Positions 8,242 to 18,021 of a DNA stretch of 64,000 nt are shown in pieces (the first letter of the stretch is position 1; each line of letters begins with the position of its first letter). The stretch is taken from contig JBBQUR010000001.1 of the NCBI GenBank assembly GCA_038212275.1, positions 1 to 64,000 of the forward strand, given 5' to 3'. The notes beneath the pieces were generated by a model. The model worked only from the letters and a program-made list of their open reading frames with translations. It ran no database searches and was not told where the DNA came from. The stretch comes from Planctomycetota bacterium. Its GTDB lineage: Bacteria; Planctomycetota; B15-G4. The position numbers were made by a program, and so were the translations under genes.

Positions 8242-11021
8242 GCGGCCTTGCCCTCTGCCGCCTTGAGACTCGCGGCCGCCGCCTTCTCAGCAGGCGACGA
8301 GAACACGAGCAGCAGCGGGCTGGCCACGTAGATGGACGAGTACGTGCCGACGATGACACCGACGAGCATCGCGAACGAGAATCCCTCGAGCACGTTCTGC
8401 TTGCCGATGTTGAGGATGAAGATGACCAGCAGCGTGAGGAACACCGTCATCGAGGTCAGGATCGAGCGCGAGAGCACCTGATTCATCGACACGTCGATGA
8501 CTTCCGTCAGCGGCTTGTTCATGCGCGGAAGGTTCTCGCGAACGCGATCGAAAAGCACGATCGTGTCATTGATCGAGTAGCCGACGATGGTGAGGAATGC
8601 GGCGATCATCGACAGGTCGATCTCGATGTCGAGCAGGTGGAGCCTGTGCGCCAGGCAGATGACACCCATCGCGATGCTCACGTCGTGCACCAGCGCGATG
8701 ACCGCGGCGAAACCGTAGCGGTATTCGCGGAAGCGGATGCGCATGTACAGCACGATGGCGACGAAGGAGAGCAACATGGCGCGGAACGCCGAGTCGCGCA
8801 GCTCGGAACCCACGCGGGAACCGATGGTCGTCGATTCCTGAAGCGGGTCACTGAGGACGGGGACGCCCGGCTTGCCGCCGAGGGCCAGTTTCAGGCGCTG
8901 GGTGACCAGCTGCTTGTCGAAGCCCGTGCCGGCCATGACGCCGGAGATGCGCACCGATTCCTCGCCGGCGGACTCAGCCCTGAGCTGCGCAATCAGTCCA
9001 AGGTTGGCAGCGATGACAGCGGGATCCGCCGCACCCTCGAAGTTCAGCACGCCGGACACCGCCGTCGTCGCGCCCTCGGTGTTCTCCTCGAACGAGACGT
9101 CCGTGACGAAGTCCGGCAGGATGAGGCCGGCCAGCGCCTGCTTCATTGGGGCCTCGTAGCGCTCCTCGATGGACGATGCGGTCTCCGAGCTCTCGTTCTC
9201 GGAGGCGCCCGACTTCACCTTGATCACGAAGTCCCGTGAGGTGCCCTTCGCAAGCTGGTCGTCGCCTGCCACCGAGATGACCTGCGCGCCCGGGAAGACC
9301 CGGTCGATGGCGGTCTTGATCTCTCCCTGCGTTGAAGGCCGCGCCACGCGCACCTGCGCCTTGTAGCCGCCGAGGAAATCCAGACCGAACATGTCGCGGT
9401 CCACGGTGGCGAAGAGCGCCAGGCTGGCGATGACCGCCACCGCCGAGAACTTCAGGCAGGTCGCGCCGATGCGCATGAAGTGGATGTTGAGGTCCGGGCG
9501 GATGAATCGGGCCATCGAGCCGACGGTCTTCATGCGGCCCGTTTCGAGCAGCGCGTCGTAGATCGTGCGACCGACGACGAGCGCGGCCCAGACCGAGGTC
9601 ACGAGGCCGAGCATGAGGACGACGGCGAAGCCCTTCACCGGGCCGCTTCCCACCTTGAAGAGGATGAGGGCGGTGATGAACGTGGTCAGGTTGCTGTCCA
9701 CGATGGTAGCCAGGGCCTTCTCGAAGCCCAGCTTGACGACCTGCGCCGCGCTCTTGGCGTGGTCCACCTCTTCGCGCATGCGTTCGTAGATCAGGATGTT
9801 GGCATCCACGGCCATGCCGAAGGTCAGCACGAGGCCGGCGATGCCGGGCAGCGTGATCGTGGCGCCGAGGAACATGAGCAGGCCGGAGAGCAGCACGACG
9901 TTCGCGATCAGCGTCGCGGTCGAGTGCACGCCGTGCCAGCGGTAATAAGCGATCATGAACAGCACGACCACGAGCATTCCGATGAGCGCGGCGTTGAAGC
10001 CGGCCGCGATGGCGGATTCACCGAGCGACGGGCCGATGGTGTTCTCGAAGAGCAGGCGCGGCTTCATCTGCAGGCTGCCCGACCGGATCACGGTGAGGTA
10101 GTCGCGGATTTCCTTGTCGCTGAAGCCGGTGGGCAAACCCGACGTGATCTGGAAACTGCCCTCGAGGCGGTCATGGATCGTGGCGGGGTGCTGCGCGAGC
10201 CGTCCGTCGAGGATGATCGCGAGGCTCTGGCCCTTGTTGGGCTCGGTGTAGTCGCCGAACTCGCGTGAGCGGCCTCCACGCATCGTGACGCTGACGCTCG
10301 GCGTGCCACGGTCGTCCTGGCTCTGGCCCGCGCTTTCGATGTCGGCGCCGGTGAAGTTGCGACCGGCGCCCGACTCGAGGCGCATCAGTTCGTAGTCGCT
10401 GTCCAGCAGTGGCGCCCGCACCATGAGCAGCGCCGTCTTGTCATCGCCCTGCAGCTCGTCCAGCGACGCCACCTTGCGGCGCTCGGCGAGGATCTTGTCG
10501 GAGTACGGCATCCACCGGTACAGCACGTCGGGGAAGCGCCGATCGAGCGAGGTCACGTCGATTTCGTCGGCGCCCTTGCCCTTGTTCGCGTCGAGCAGGG
10601 CGGTGAGCCGGCCACGCTCCTCGGCGATGTTCAGTCCCTTGGTCACGTCGTCGCTGGCGACGATGCGGAACTCGAGCCGGCCGACGCGCGAGATGACGCT
10701 CTTGATCGTCTCGGCCTCGTCCTTGCCGCTGCCCGGCAGTTCGATGACCACCTCGCGCGTGCCCTGCCGGACGGTGTTCGACTCCTTGATGCCGTACGCG
10801 TCGATGCGCTGCCGCAGCGTCTCGACCGTCGAGTCGATCATCGAGTTGATCTGCTCGTCGGTGAGCGAGCCGGACGAATCCGGCGGCTGCAACTCGTAAC
10901 GCATCGTCACGCCGCCCTGGAGATCCAGGCCAAGGACGACGTCCTTGGCGAAAATCGCCCAGAGCGCGAGTCCGAGGACGATCGCGATCGAAACGATCCG
11001 CTTGGTGGTGGCGCCGGTCAT
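8238..11021 (-). CDS. secDF: Fused protein translocase subunit SecDF
   Basis: LGLDLQGG, LRQRIDAYG, IGPSLG, TLPGIAGLVLTFGMAVDANILIYERMREE, GLDFLGG, HDV, GYSINDTIVLFDRVREN, GTYSSIYVASP. ATG 11021 with GAGG RBS. Confidence 0.96.
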   Translation of the reverse strand: MTGATTKRIVSIAIVLGLALWAIFAKDVVLGLDLQGGVTMRYELQPPDSSGSLTDEQINSMIDSTVETLRQRIDAYGIKESNTVRQGTREVVIELPGSGKDEAETIKSVISRVGRLEFRIVASDDVTKGLNIAEERGRLTALLDANKGKGADEIDVTSLDRRFPDVLYRWMPYSDKILAERRKVASLDELQGDDKTALLMVRAPLLDSDYELMRLESGAGRNFTGADIESAGQSQDDRGTPSVSVTMRGGRSREFGDYTEPNKGQSLAIILDGRLAQHPATIHDRLEGSFQITSGLPTGFSDKEIRDYLTVIRSGSLQMKPRLLFENTIGPSLGESAIAAGFNAALIGMLVVVLFMIAYYRWHGVHSTATLIANVVLLSGLLMFLGATITLPGIAGLVLTFGMAVDANILIYERMREEVDHAKSAAQVVKLGFEKALATIVDSNLTTFITALILFKVGSGPVKGFAVVLMLGLVTSVWAALVVGRTIYDALLETGRMKTVGSMARFIRPDLNIHFMRIGATCLKFSAVAVIASLALFATVDRDMFGLDFLGGYKAQVRVARPSTQGEIKTAIDRVFPGAQVISVAGDDQLAKGTSRDFVIKVKSGASENESSETASSIEERYEAPMKQALAGLILPDFVTDVSFEENTEGATTAVSGVLNFEGAADPAVIAANLGLIAQLRAESAGEESVRISGVMAGTGFDKQLVTQRLKLALGGKPGVPVLSDPLQESTTIGSRVGSELRDSAFRAMLLSFVAIVLYMRIRFREYRYGFAAVIALVHDVSIAMGVICLAHRLHLLDIEIDLSMIAAFLTIVGYSINDTIVLFDRVRENLPRMNKPLTEVIDVSMNQVLSRSILTSMTVFLTLLVIFILNIGKQNVLEGFSFAMLVGVIVGTYSSIYVASPLLLVFSSPAEKAAAASLKAAEGKAA

Positions 11022-11028
11022 GTTGGCC

Positions 11029-11427
11029 TCAGGAGTCCTTGTCGCCGTCGGCATGAACGCCGCGCTCGCGGATGCGGGCAGCCTTGCCGGTCTTGCCGCG
11101 CAGGTCGTACAGCTTGGCGCGGCGGACCTTGCCCTTGCGCCGCACTTCGACGCCGGTCACCAGCGGCGAGTGGAACGGGAAGACGCGCTCGACGCCTTCT
11201 CCCGCCACCATGCGGCGCACGGTGAAGGCGCGGCCGAGGCCGCGACCCTTGATCGAGATCACGTCCCCGATGAACTGCTGGACGCGCTCCTTGGTCTCCT
11301 TCTCCTTGCTGCCGGGAGCCGGTGCCTCGCGGATCTTGACGGCGACAGCCACCTGGTCGCCGACTTCGAACTCGGGCAACTGGGGCTTCATCAACTTCTT
11401 TTCGACTTCGGTGATTCGGCTGCTCAT
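11029..11427 (-). CDS. rplS: 50S ribosomal protein L19
   Basis: [11 protein letters not shown]...[12 protein letters not shown]...[21 protein letters not shown]...[13 protein letters not shown] overlap with trmD. Confidence 0.97.
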   Translation of the reverse strand: MSSRITEVEKKLMKPQLPEFEVGDQVAVAVKIREAPAPGSKEKETKERVQQFIGDVISIKGRGLGRAFTVRRMVAGEGVERVFPFHSPLVTGVEVRRKGKVRRAKLYDLRGKTGKAARIRERGVHADGDKDS

Positions 11428-12110
11428 GTGCGGGGATTCCGGGAGGATCTCCAGGCGGCGGTGCGCCGCTCGGCCTGATCGCGGCGCCATGCCGCGATCT
11501 CGTCGTGGTCGCCGTTCAACAACACGGACGGAACGTCCATGCCCCTGAACGACCGCGGGCGGGTGTACTGCGGATGATCCAGGAGGTCGCCCGCGAAGGA
11601 CTCCTGAAGTGCGGATTGCGGCTCGCCGAGGACGCCCGGAATGAGCCGGGTGGCGGCCTCGATGACGGCCATGGCGGGGATCTCCCCGCCGGAAAGCACG
11701 AACGACCCGAGCGACAGCTCCAGCCAGTCCATGCCTTCGTGAATGCGCTGGTCGAAACCCTCGTAGCGGCCGCAGAGCAGCAGCCACTCGGATTCCGTCG
11801 AGAGCCACTCTGCGGTGGGCTGATCGAAGGGGCGTCCCTGGGGCGTGAAGAGGATGCGCGGCATGTCGGGCCGACCCGACTGCGCAAGGACATCCTCGAC
11901 CGCCGCGAACACGGGCTCCGGCTTGATGACCATGCCCGGTCCGCCGCCGAAGGGACGGTCATCCACGGTGTGGTGCTTGTCCGTCGTGTAGTTGCGGTAG
12001 TCCGTGAACTGCACCTGCAGGTGACCCTTCTCCTGCGCGATGCCCACGATGCTCTCCTTCAGAAAGTTGTCGAAGAGACTCGGGAAAAGCGTCAGCACAT
12101 GGACCTTCAC
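11424..12110 (-). CDS. trmD: tRNA (guanine-N1)-methyltransferase
   Basis: [47 protein letters not shown]. Confidence 0.97.
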   Translation of the reverse strand: MKVHVLTLFPSLFDNFLKESIVGIAQEKGHLQVQFTDYRNYTTDKHHTVDDRPFGGGPGMVIKPEPVFAAVEDVLAQSGRPDMPRILFTPQGRPFDQPTAEWLSTESEWLLLCGRYEGFDQRIHEGMDWLELSLGSFVLSGGEIPAMAVIEAATRLIPGVLGEPQSALQESFAGDLLDHPQYTRPRSFRGMDVPSVLLNGDHDEIAAWRRDQAERRTAAWRSSRNPRT

Positions 12111-12231
12111 GGCAACCTTGCCCCGCCGGAGGATGACCGGCCGGATGCGCTATCCGAGCGCCACTGTGGGACCCGATGGGGGCCGCAGGGATACCCGAAG
12201 GCTCAATTCAAACTCATGACACGAACCGGCT

Positions 12232-12259
12232 AGTGTAAAACCGCGAGGTCCCGCGTCAA
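12232..12259 (-). promoter_or_regulatory. Putative sigma70 promoter of trmD-rplS-secDF
   Basis: TTGACG-N16-TACACT on the minus strand. Confidence 0.6.
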
Positions 12260-12386
12260 GGCCGGCCTTCCCGACGGAAAGCCGGGCCGTCGCCAGCGGC
12301 CGGGTTCCCGGCCGGTGCGCACGAACCGCGTGCGGGGGCCGCAGCCGGACCGTCACCTCCATCCCAAGCCCCGCGAGAACCCCGGC

Positions 12387-13025
12387 GTGTTCACCGGCAT
12401 CATCGAAGCTGCCTGTCTCGTGCGCGGTGCCTCCGAACTGCCCGGGGGCCGCCGGCTGACGCTGGACCTGGCCCCCGTGAGGGCGGCCCGCCACGCGGAC
12501 GAGGCGACCGGTCCCCGGCCGGCCCCCCTGCTGCGGCTCGGTGACAGCGTGGCCGTCAACGGCTGTTGCCTCACCGTGGCTGCCCTGCATGCCGATGTTG
12601 CGGACTTCGACGTCATCCCCGAGACCTTGGCTCGCACCAACCTCGGCACCCTGGTCGTCGGCGCGAGCGTGAACGTGGAGCGCTCGCTGCGCTTCGGTGA
12701 TTCGGTCGACGGCCACCTCGTGTCCGGCCACATCGAGCGGCTCGGCACGGTGCTCGACGTCGTCCGCCTCCCGGGAGAGGTGCGTGTCTCGATCGACTGC
12801 GGCGCGGACTTCGCGAGGCGCACGCTTCCCAAGGGCTCGGTCGCGATCGACGGCGTGAGCCTGACCGTCGCCGAACTGCATGACGATTCGCTCGTCGTCG
12901 CGCTGGTGCCGCACACGCTGGAGCGCACGACGCTGTCCCGCCTGCGTGCGGGATCACGAGTGAACCTCGAGCCCGACATGCTGGGCCAGTGGGTGCTGCG
13001 TGCGGTGGAGACGCGGCTGCCCTGA
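12387..13025 (+). CDS. ribE: Riboflavin synthase alpha chain
   Basis: N-terminal MFTGII (GTG 12387), GDSVAVNGCCLTV, VNVERSL, GHLVSGH, KGSVAIDGVSLTV, VNLEPD. Confidence 0.95.
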   Translation: MFTGIIEAACLVRGASELPGGRRLTLDLAPVRAARHADEATGPRPAPLLRLGDSVAVNGCCLTVAALHADVADFDVIPETLARTNLGTLVVGASVNVERSLRFGDSVDGHLVSGHIERLGTVLDVVRLPGEVRVSIDCGADFARRTLPKGSVAIDGVSLTVAELHDDSLVVALVPHTLERTTLSRLRAGSRVNLEPDMLGQWVLRAVETRLP

Positions 13026-13032
13026 GGCTCGT

Positions 13033-13160
13033 GTCAGCGCGAGTCGCCCGCGGCAGCGCGAGTCGCCCGCGTCAGCGCGAGTCGCCTGCGTCAGCGCGAG
13101 TCGCCTGCGTCAACGCGAATCGCCTGCGTCAACGCGAGTCGCCTGCGTCAACGCGAATCG
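13033..13160. repeat. 19-bp tandem repeat, ~6.7 copies of GTCA(G/A)CGCGA(G/A)TCGCC(C/T)GC
   Basis: Units start at 13033, 13052, 13071, 13090, 13109, 13128 and 13147; no spacers. Confidence 0.95.
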
Positions 13161-14086
13161 AAGGTGGCCGCGAGACCTTCGGCGAGTGCCCGGGGCCTGA
13201 ACAGCAGGTCGCGTTGCGCCGCCGCACTGTCCACCCCGTGGTCGCGGCGGTGGAAGGCGAGCACGCCGAGCGCGCCGCGCTTGCCCGCCAGCGCCAGCAG
13301 CTTCGCTGCGGCCGCGAACACGGGCAACGGAATGGCGCGGATCGCCGCGCGGCCACCACTCGCATCGCGCACGGCCTCGCGGTATGCGCGCACCGACAGC
13401 GCGGCCGGTCCGCCCAGCCTGTAGGTGTGGCCGACGGCGGCGGGCAACTCGCACGCCGCGAGCAGCGCCGACACCACGTCGTCCACGTAGACCGGCTGGA
13501 TCTTCGCGGCGCCCCCGCGGGGCAGCCACATGCTGCCGCCGCGCAACTTGTCCACCAGCTGCTGCATGTTGCCGGCGTCGCCGGGCCCGTAGATCAGCGC
13601 GGGACGCAGGATCACCCAGGGCATTGGCATTGTCGACGCGGAAACGAGCGCCTCGGCCGCGAGCTTGGAGTCGCTGTAGTGCGTGCGCGGCTCGTCCTCG
13701 ACCGCGAACGATGACACATGCACGAAGCGCGGCAGGCGAGGCAGTGCCGACGCGGCTCGCAGCAGCTGGCCGGTGCCCGTGAGGTTCACGGCGAACAGAT
13801 CGTCGCGCGTGCCGGTGATGCGGGCGGCAAGGTGCGCGACGGCATCCGGCGCGCACGCGGCAAGCGTCCGGCCCAGCGCTGCGGCATCCGCGAGGTCCAG
13901 TGGCAGGCAGCGGACGCGTGCGGCTCGCTCGCCGGCCAACTGCGGGTCTGCCTCCAGCGTCGCCGCGGCCGCCGGCACGTCGCGCGTGAGGACGGTGACG
14001 TCATGGCCGCGCTCCAGCGCAGCAGCCACCACGCGCCGCCCGAGAAAGCCCGTACCGCCAGTCAGGACGAGATGCATCGTGGTCAT
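13148..14086 (-). CDS. NAD(P)-dependent epimerase/dehydratase (extended/atypical SDR)
   Basis: LTGGTGFLGRR, HLAA, VHVSS, YSDSK (YxxxK), LRPALIYGPGD, PVYVDDV. Confidence 0.9.
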   Translation of the reverse strand: MTTMHLVLTGGTGFLGRRVVAAALERGHDVTVLTRDVPAAAATLEADPQLAGERAARVRCLPLDLADAAALGRTLAACAPDAVAHLAARITGTRDDLFAVNLTGTGQLLRAASALPRLPRFVHVSSFAVEDEPRTHYSDSKLAAEALVSASTMPMPWVILRPALIYGPGDAGNMQQLVDKLRGGSMWLPRGGAAKIQPVYVDDVVSALLAACELPAAVGHTYRLGGPAALSVRAYREAVRDASGGRAAIRAIPLPVFAAAAKLLALAGKRGALGVLAFHRRDHGVDSAAAQRDLLFRPRALAEGLAATFDSR

Positions 14087-14269
14087 GGTCTCCGTGCGTG
14101 ACCGGCCGCGCCGCGTGCGCCCGATCGACCCGGGCCCGGAACAGCAGCGCGAAAGCCCGGCCAGCCTTGGGGCGCGGGGCCCCGGCCTGCTAGCCTCACG
14201 CGTTGCTGCCCGCCGTCACGCCGAGGAGGTTAGGCCACGGCCGGCACGCATGCCACACCCGGAGCCCCC

Positions 14270-15442
14270 GTGCGCGTCCTGCAAATCATGGAATGCACGA
14301 TCGGCGGCACGCGGCGACACCTGCGCGACCTCGTGCATGGGCTGCGCCGTCGCGGCGTGGAGGTCGAGGTCGCATGCGCCGCGCGGCGCGACCCGCGCAT
14401 GCGCGAGGACATGGCCGCGTTCACGGCAGCCGGCGCCGTCGTGCACGAGATCCCGATGGTGCGCGCGATCACGCCATGGAAGGACGCCTGGCACGGCCTG
14501 CGCCTCGCCAGCCTGGTGGCGGACCGCCGGCTGGACATCGTGCACACGCACAGCAGCAAGGCCGGTGCCCTGGGACGCGGCGCGGCATGGTTGTGCTCGT
14601 CCGCGGCCCGCGTGCACACCCCGCACACCTACGCCTTCTCCTTCGATGGCGGCGCCGGGCAGGGCGGCGAGTCGGCCGGGCCGCCCGCGCTGGTCCTGGC
14701 GACGGAGCGGCTGCTGGGACGGATCACCGGCCGCCTCATCCACGTCTCGGAATCGGAACTGCGCGAAGGGCAGGCGCTGCGCGTGGTGGCTCCGGGGCGC
14801 GCGCGGGTGGTGCCCAACGGCATCGACCCGGCGCGGTACGCACTCCCGACGGGCGGGCCGGCACTGCGCGCCGAACTCGGCATTCCCGCCAGCGCCCGGG
14901 TGGTGGGCTCGATCGGCCTGCTCAACGATGCCAAGGGCCACGACCTGCTCGTCGCGGCCGCGGCGCAACTGCCTGCGGACGTCCACGTGCTGATCGTCGG
15001 CCATGGCGAGCGCGAAGGCGCGCTGCGCGAACAGGCCGCGCGCCTCGGCTGCGCCGGGCGACTGCATCTTGCCGGCTGGCGCGACGACCTCTCCGCGGCG
15101 CACTCGGCGATGAACGTCTTCGCGCTGCCTTCGCGCTGGGAGGGCTTGCCGTACGCGTTGCTCGAAGCGCTCGCTGCCGGACTCCCCTGCGTGGCCACCG
15201 ACGTGAACGGCAGTCGCGACATCCTGCAGTGCGAGCCGCCGTGCGGACTGCTCGTGCCGCGCGAGGACCCGGCGGCGCTTGCCGCGGCGATCGGCCGCCT
15301 GCTTTCGGACGCGGCGCTCGCACGGCACTGTGCCACCCGCGGACCGGAACGGGTGGCGCAGGAATTCAGCCTCGAGCGCATGCTCGACCGTACGCTCGCG
15401 CTGTACCGCGACGCGCTCGGCCAGTCCCAGGGAGCCGCATGA
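14270..15442 (+). CDS. GT4 (GT-B) glycosyltransferase
   Basis: IVHTHSSKAG, HTPH, VVPNGID, KGHDLL, LPSRWEGLPYALLEALAAGLPCVATDV. Confidence 0.92.
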   Translation: MRVLQIMECTIGGTRRHLRDLVHGLRRRGVEVEVACAARRDPRMREDMAAFTAAGAVVHEIPMVRAITPWKDAWHGLRLASLVADRRLDIVHTHSSKAGALGRGAAWLCSSAARVHTPHTYAFSFDGGAGQGGESAGPPALVLATERLLGRITGRLIHVSESELREGQALRVVAPGRARVVPNGIDPARYALPTGGPALRAELGIPASARVVGSIGLLNDAKGHDLLVAAAAQLPADVHVLIVGHGEREGALREQAARLGCAGRLHLAGWRDDLSAAHSAMNVFALPSRWEGLPYALLEALAAGLPCVATDVNGSRDILQCEPPCGLLVPREDPAALAAAIGRLLSDAALARHCATRGPERVAQEFSLERMLDRTLALYRDALGQSQGAA

Positions 15443-16581
15443 AAATTCTGCACGTCATCACCACGCTGGGCGTCGGCGGCGCCGAAAAGCACCTGCTGTG
15501 GCTCACTGCCGGCCAGGCGCAGCGCGGTCACGCCACGGCGGTCGCGTACCTGAAGGGCGAGGGCGAACTGAGCGGGGAGTTCCAGCGGCAGGGCGTCACG
15601 GTGCATCGACTGTCCGGCGAGGCGGCCGGGGGCGGTGGCGGTCAGAGCCTGCTGCCCTTGGTCGGGCCGCTCTGGCGGGCGCGCCAGGATCTCGTGGCGC
15701 TCATCCGGCGCGAGCAGCCGGACATCGTGCACACGCACCTGCTCAAGGCCGATGCGGTGGGCGCCGTGTCGGCCGCCTCGGGAGGCGCGCGCGCGCTCGT
15801 GGCCAGCAAGCACAACGACGAGCGCGCGCTGCTGCGCAAGCCCGTCAGCGTGGTGCACGGACTGCTGAGTCGGCGCGTGGCGCGCACGATCGCGCTGTCC
15901 GATCACGTGGCGCGCTTCATCGCAACGCACGGCCGCGTGCCCGCGGCGAGCATCCGGCGCGTCTACTACGGCGTGGATGCCGCCGCGCTGCAACCGCGTC
16001 GCGCCCGCGCCGCGGTGCGCGCCGAACTCGGGCTGACGGACACGGCGCCGGTGCTCGTGTGCGTAGGAAGACTCGCCCCGCAGAAAGACCACCCGACGCT
16101 GTTCGCCGCGCTGGCGCGGCTGCCGCCCGAGGTCACACTGCTCGTCGTCGGCGGGGACCCCTTCGGCGACGGCGAGGCGCGCCTTCGCACCGAGGCCGCG
16201 CGGCTTGGCCTGGGCGCCCGGGCACGCTTCCTCGGCATCCGTCACGACGTGCCGGACCTGCTCGGCGCCAGCGACCTCTTCGTGCTGCCCTCGCTGTGGG
16301 AAGGCCTGGGACTGGTGTTCCTCGAGGCCATGGCGGTGGAACTGCCGGTCATCGCGAGCAACGTCTCGGCCATTCCCGAGGTCGTGCAGGATGGTGAGTC
16401 CGGCTGGCTCGTGAACCCGGGCGACCCGGCCGCGCTTGCGGACGCGATCGCCGCGGCGCTGGCCGATCCCGCCGAACGCGCGCGCCGCGGCCGCAACGGC
16501 AGGCGGCGGCTGCTCGCGAAGTTCGCGCTGCCGCGCATGATCGACGAGACGCTCGCCGTGTACGGGGAAGCGCTCGCGTGA
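15439..16581 (+). CDS. GT4 (GT-B) glycosyltransferase
   Basis: MKILHVITTLGVGGAE, PDIVHTH, VGRLAPQKDH, LPSLWEGLGLVFLEAMA; ATGA overlap with the previous gene. Confidence 0.92.
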   Translation: MKILHVITTLGVGGAEKHLLWLTAGQAQRGHATAVAYLKGEGELSGEFQRQGVTVHRLSGEAAGGGGGQSLLPLVGPLWRARQDLVALIRREQPDIVHTHLLKADAVGAVSAASGGARALVASKHNDERALLRKPVSVVHGLLSRRVARTIALSDHVARFIATHGRVPAASIRRVYYGVDAAALQPRRARAAVRAELGLTDTAPVLVCVGRLAPQKDHPTLFAALARLPPEVTLLVVGGDPFGDGEARLRTEAARLGLGARARFLGIRHDVPDLLGASDLFVLPSLWEGLGLVFLEAMAVELPVIASNVSAIPEVVQDGESGWLVNPGDPAALADAIAAALADPAERARRGRNGRRRLLAKFALPRMIDETLAVYGEALA

Positions 16582-17087
16582 GCGCCGGGTCGCGCCTCGT
16601 GATCGTGGTGTGCACGGCCAACATCTGCCGCTCGCCGATGGGGGAGGCGTTCCTGCGGGCGCACCTCGAGGCGCACGGCATGCTCCACGTCTCGGTGCGC
16701 TCGGCGGGAACGCACGCGCGGGCAGGCCGTCCGGCCATGCCCGAGGCGCGCGCGGCGGTCGCGTCGATCCGCGGCCGGGCGGACGATCACGTCGCCACGC
16801 AGCTCGACGTCGTGTCGGCGGGCGAGGCCGACCTGATCCTCTGCGCGACCCGCGAGCACCGTGACCACATCCTGGCCTGGTGGCCTCAGGTCGAGCCTGC
16901 GCGCGTGCGGCTCTTCAACGAGGCCATCGCCGGGCAGGCGCCCGTGGACGTCGACGATCCGTTCGGCTGGGACGCCGACGTCTTCGTGCTCGCGGCGCGC
17001 GTCATCGACCGCGCCATGGCCGGCTGGGCCGAGCGCCTCGCGAGGGAGTGGCCGCGTGGAGAGGTCAGCGGCACTTCTCCGCGCTAG
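16578..17087 (+). CDS. Low-molecular-weight protein tyrosine phosphatase (Wzb/YwlE-like)
   Basis: P-loop CTANICRSPMGE, SAGT, general-acid DDPFG. Confidence 0.9.
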   Translation: MSAGSRLVIVVCTANICRSPMGEAFLRAHLEAHGMLHVSVRSAGTHARAGRPAMPEARAAVASIRGRADDHVATQLDVVSAGEADLILCATREHRDHILAWWPQVEPARVRLFNEAIAGQAPVDVDDPFGWDADVFVLAARVIDRAMAGWAERLAREWPRGEVSGTSPR

Positions 17088-17096
17088 ACACCTCCG

Positions 17097-18002
17097 ATGG
17101 ACGCCGCCACACGCCGCATGCTCATCGCCGTGCAGTTCTGCTTCGGCGTCTTCCCGATCGTCGGGAAGATCGCGCTGGGCGGGTTCCAGCCGCGCGCGAT
17201 TCTCGTGTGGCGTCTCGCGGTCGGTTCGCTGGTGCTGCTCGCCATCGCGGCGGTGCGCCACGGCCGCGCCGTGCTGCCCTCGGGAAAGGATCTGCTCCAG
17301 CTCTTCGGGCTCTCGGTCCTGGGCGTGATCCTCAACCAGCTGCTGTTCCTTGAGGGCCTGCAGCGCACCACCGCGGTCAATGCCGGCCTGCTCATCACGG
17401 TGATTCCCGTCGCGACGATGGCCATCGCCGTGCTGCTGGGACGCGAGGCTCTCACGCGGCGGCGTTCGATCGGCATGACGCTCTCGGTGGCCGGCGTCGC
17501 CGCGCTTTTCCTTCACCGCGGCGCGGATGTCGGCGGCGAGAGGCTTCGCGGCGACATCTACATCACGATCAACGCGATCAGCTACTCGTTCTACCTCGTG
17601 CTCGCCAAGCCGGTGCTCCTGCGGCTGCCGCAGCTCGTGGTGGTGGCGTGGCTCTTCCTGTTCGGGCTGTTTCTCGTGCCGTGGTTCGCGCGTGACGTGG
17701 CCTGGGTGCCGGACGGCGCGACGCAGGCCCAGTGGCTGGCGCTCGGCGGCGTGCTGCTCTTCCCTACGGTGCTTGCCTACCTGCTCAACACCATCGTGCT
17801 CTCGCGAACGCACGCTTCCACGACGGCCGCCTACGTCATGCTGCAGCCTTTCATCTCGGCGGGACTCGGCATCGTGATGCTGGGCGAGCGGCCCGGGCCC
17901 GAGGTCGCGTTCACCGCGGTCTGCGTGCTGGCCGGCCTCTGGCTCGTGTCGGTCGGGCCGCGCAGGCATCCGGCGGCGTCCGCCGTGCAGCCGCCGTCTT
18001 AG
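17097..18002 (+). CDS. DMT/EamA family transporter
   Basis: About 10 hydrophobic segments; GLQRTTAVNAGLL, LLGRE and LGE motifs. Confidence 0.88.
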   Translation: MDAATRRMLIAVQFCFGVFPIVGKIALGGFQPRAILVWRLAVGSLVLLAIAAVRHGRAVLPSGKDLLQLFGLSVLGVILNQLLFLEGLQRTTAVNAGLLITVIPVATMAIAVLLGREALTRRRSIGMTLSVAGVAALFLHRGADVGGERLRGDIYITINAISYSFYLVLAKPVLLRLPQLVVVAWLFLFGLFLVPWFARDVAWVPDGATQAQWLALGGVLLFPTVLAYLLNTIVLSRTHASTTAAYVMLQPFISAGLGIVMLGERPGPEVAFTAVCVLAGLWLVSVGPRRHPAASAVQPPS

Positions 18003-18021
18003 GCGCTCGGGGGCAGCGGCC

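Noticed and set aside
13033..13160. Possible CRISPR array
   Set aside because: Contiguous 19-bp units with no unique spacers and no cas genes.
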